Shown here: in pieces, positions 39,397-42,130 of the stretch | Layout of the letters: each line of letters begins with the position of its first letter | How positions within the stretch are numbered: the stretch's first letter is position 1 | Assembly: GCA_040752415.1 (NCBI GenBank) | Contig: JBFMGU010000071.1 | Span: 1 to 42,130, forward strand | From: Myxococcota bacterium | Lineage (GTDB): Bacteria; Myxococcota; JACRCW01 | Direction: 5' to 3' | DNA length: 42,130 nucleotides | Translations under genes and position numbers: made by a program | Notes under the pieces: generated by a model | Database searches by the model: none | The model's input: the letters and a program-made list of their open reading frames with translations, nothing else | Told to the model about the DNA's origin: nothing

Positions 39397-42130
39397 ATGC
39401 GTACGTCGTTGTTGATTCCCGTTGCTTCCCTGCTCCTTGCCAACCAGCTCGCCGCGTCTCCCGCGGAAAGATTTGCGCCGCAGGCCTATTACACCGGTGC
39501 GCGTCGCGTGCCCGTCAGCATTGCGCGTGACGTGATTGCCATCCGCGCGGATGCGAAGCGCTCGCCCGCGGAGCTGGCGGTTGTCGTCGAGGATGCGGCG
39601 CGGAAGGTGGCGCCGGGTGGTGAAGTGGTGGTGGTGGAGGCGCGCCGGCTGCGCACGCACGGGCTCTTCGCTGTCGAGCTCGGCCTTCCCGTCAGCCCGG
39701 AGCTGCTTGTTGCCCTGGCACGGGAGCTGGAGGCCACCGACGAGGTCCGCGTCCATCCCGCGCTGAGCCGCGCCAGTGGTCGCGTGTTCACCGACGAGCA
39801 CCTGGTCATCACAGCCGCGCCCGGACACCTGGACAGGGTGCTGCGCGAGACGATGGTGAAGACGGGAGGCACGCTGGTCCGTCGGAGCAACGTGCCCAAC
39901 ACCGCGCTGGTGCGCGTGGGTGCGCCCATGGACTTTGACGCCGTGCACGCCTCGCGCGCGCTGCAGGGCATGGCGGGCCTCATCTCCGCCGAGCCCGACC
40001 TCTACCGGGAGCTTGAGCTGCGTGCGACCGTGAACGACCCGCTCCACGCCAACCAGTGGCACCTGGCCCGCCCCGCCACCGGCGACACCGTGCCGGGCAC
40101 CGGGCAGATCTTCGCCCACGAAGCGTGGGAGATCAGCAAGGGAAACCCCGACGTGGTGGTGGCGGTCTTCGACAGCGGCATCGACGTGGATCACGAGGAC
40201 CTCGTCGAGAACATGCTCCCCGGCTTCGACCCTTCCGCCGGAGACGAGAACCCGCGGCCCGAGTGCGCCGCCTCCGCCGACGGGCGCGACGTGGCGGTGG
40301 GCTGCACCGACCTGGAGCCGTATTTCGAATCCCACGGCACGTCGGTCTCGGGCGTGGTGGCGGCGCGCGGCGACAACAACATCGGCCTCAGCGGCGTGTG
40401 CCCCAACTGCAGCATCATGCCGGTGCGCCTGCTGGGCGACCAGGTGGGCAGCGGGCTCTCGACGGCGGAGTCATTTGAGCGCGCGGTGGATGACGGCGCG
40501 TGGGTCATCAACAACAGCTGGGGCCCGGCGCGCTCCCGCTACTTCCCGCTCTCCCAGGCGGAACGCGACGCCTTCGATCACGCGCGCACCGCCGGCCGCA
40601 ACGGACTGGGCACGGTCATCGTGTTTGCCGCCGGCAACTCCACGGCCAACGTGGCCTCGGACCCGTACGCGTCGCACCCCTTCTCCATTGCGGTGGCGGC
40701 GTCGACGAACCTGGATGACTGGGCCATCTACAGCAACTACGGCAGGGAGATTGACGTGGCCGCGCCCAGCCTGGGCGGCCTGGTGGAGGAGGACAACCAC
40801 GGTCTGTGGACCACCGACGTCACCGGCGAGAACGGCTACTCCAACAACGGCTACAACCCCGGGTTCAGCGGCACGTCCGCGGCGTCTCCCGTCGTGGCGG
40901 GGCTGGCGGGGCTCATCCTCTCGGTCAATCCCAACCTGACCGCGGAGCAGGTCCGCCTGGTGCTCACGCGCTCCGCCGACAAGATCCGCGCCGACAAGAT
41001 CAACTGGCTGCAGGTCATCGGCCAGGACATCGAGACGCTGTTTGAATACGACGAGAACGGGCACAGCATCGGCTTCGGTTACGGTCGCGTGAATGCCCCG
41101 GAGGCACTGCGCCTGGCGGAGGATCCCGGCCTGTTTGGCGCGGAGTGCACGGCGCCGGGCTGCCCCGCCTGCTCGCCGGAAGGTCGTTGCCTGGTGAGCT
41201 GCCAGACCCAGGCGGACTGCGTGGCCGGCACCATCTGTGACAACGGCGCGTGCGCGCTCCCGCGCGTGGATCCCACGACGATCGGCGCACCGTGCAGCGC
41301 GGAGTGCGACTACTGCACCACCACGCTGGACACCGAGCTCAGCCCCTCCGACATCTGCACCACCACCTGCGCCATCGACGACGATTGTCCGGTGGGTTTT
41401 GACTGCCGCATCATTGACGAGGAGGGCCACGGCGTGTGCGCGGTGGGCGGCCGTCACACCGGTGAGCGCGACCACATCTTCAACTGTCGCTCCGACATCG
41501 TCCGCGGCGCGCTGGTGGTCATCAACGACATTGGCGACCCGCTGTGCACGGACATGTGTTTCAACGACGACCCGGGCGCGTGTCCCTACGGCTTCCACTG
41601 CGGTCCCGCGCGCTGCGAGTGCTCCGACCCCAACGTGGATGCCTGCCGCCACTTCACCTGCCTGGAGACCACGGAGGCCAACGCCACCTGGATGACGCCG
41701 CTGTGCTTTGCCGACGAGGGCTTTGGCGTCACCTGCAACCACGACGTGGATTGCCCGCCGGGCGACTACTGCAACGCGGAAGGTCGCTGCCACGTGGATG
41801 ACCGCCAGGGCTGCTCCATCTGCAACGACTGCGACTCCGACGCGGACTGCGGCCTGGGCGAGGTCTGCTACTTCACGCGCTTCAACGGACCGCGTTTCTG
41901 CTCACGCGGCTGCGCGCGGGACAGCGACTGCCCGGGTGATTCCATCTGCGTGGAGACGGAGCGTCGCGGCCGCGTGGTCTACATCTGCGCCTCTCCGTTC
42001 GGTAACAGCACCACGCTGTGCGACTCCGACTACGAGTGCACCGTGTCCTGTCGTGACGACGTGCCCTGCCCCACCGGAGAGGTCTGCGAGAACGCCACCT
42101 GCGTGCCCGCCCCGGAGCCCACCCCCGACG
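39397..42130 (+). CDS. Secreted S8 (subtilisin-like) serine protease with a long Cys-rich C-terminal region; runs off the right edge
   Basis: Not in the ORF track; MRTSLLIPVASLLLA signal; VAVFDSG (Asp), HGTSVSG (His), FAAGN, FSGTSAASP (Ser), GYGRVNA, then many CxxDxDC repeats. Confidence 0.94.
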   Translation, partial: MRTSLLIPVASLLLANQLAASPAERFAPQAYYTGARRVPVSIARDVIAIRADAKRSPAELAVVVEDAARKVAPGGEVVVVEARRLRTHGLFAVELGLPVSPELLVALARELEATDEVRVHPALSRASGRVFTDEHLVITAAPGHLDRVLRETMVKTGGTLVRRSNVPNTALVRVGAPMDFDAVHASRALQGMAGLISAEPDLYRELELRATVNDPLHANQWHLARPATGDTVPGTGQIFAHEAWEISKGNPDVVVAVFDSGIDVDHEDLVENMLPGFDPSAGDENPRPECAASADGRDVAVGCTDLEPYFESHGTSVSGVVAARGDNNIGLSGVCPNCSIMPVRLLGDQVGSGLSTAESFERAVDDGAWVINNSWGPARSRYFPLSQAERDAFDHARTAGRNGLGTVIVFAAGNSTANVASDPYASHPFSIAVAASTNLDDWAIYSNYGREIDVAAPSLGGLVEEDNHGLWTTDVTGENGYSNNGYNPGFSGTSAASPVVAGLAGLILSVNPNLTAEQVRLVLTRSADKIRADKINWLQVIGQDIETLFEYDENGHSIGFGYGRVNAPEALRLAEDPGLFGAECTAPGCPACSPEGRCLVSCQTQADCVAGTICDNGACALPRVDPTTIGAPCSAECDYCTTTLDTELSPSDICTTTCAIDDDCPVGFDCRIIDEEGHGVCAVGGRHTGERDHIFNCRSDIVRGALVVINDIGDPLCTDMCFNDDPGACPYGFHCGPARCECSDPNVDACRHFTCLETTEANATWMTPLCFADEGFGVTCNHDVDCPPGDYCNAEGRCHVDDRQGCSICNDCDSDADCGLGEVCYFTRFNGPRFCSRGCARDSDCPGDSICVETERRGRVVYICASPFGNSTTLCDSDYECTVSCRDDVPCPTGEVCENATCVPAPEPTPD

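Overview
GC-rich (~70%) bacterial chromosome segment, most likely Myxococcota. This is inferred from myxobacterial cysteine-rich repeat lipoproteins, a PEGA Ser/Thr kinase, a DnaK paralogue with a J-TPR partner and a Haliangium-like BMC locus. The left end holds the classic thrU-tyrU-glyT-thrT-tuf operon (minus strand), then an NtrC-family regulator, a HEAT-cyclophilin, an FG-GAP protein, a Uma2 nuclease, secreted and Ser-linker lipoproteins, prfC and a methyltransferase. The centrepiece (19178-23236) is a bacterial microcompartment operon: BMC-T(dp), BMC-H, BMC-P, acylating aldehyde dehydrogenase with an encapsulation peptide, and a PduT-like BMC-T. Its gene order matches my recollection of the functionally unassigned Haliangium ochraceum locus. 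Here two small Cys-rich lipoprotein genes are interleaved with and overlap the shell genes, and the first trimer carries an HxCxxC motif. The right half has a coiled-coil protein, yggU, divIVA-like, dnaK/J, a PLP decarboxylase, a kinase, a histidine kinase, an ArsA ATPase pair, gluQ and a large S8 protease running off the end. Three unusual non-coding structures are present: an inverted pair of 121-bp multi-hairpin units, a 21-bp tandem array with inverted ends, and a 51-bp purine/pyrimidine inverted repeat. All family assignments come from motif recognition, not database searches.
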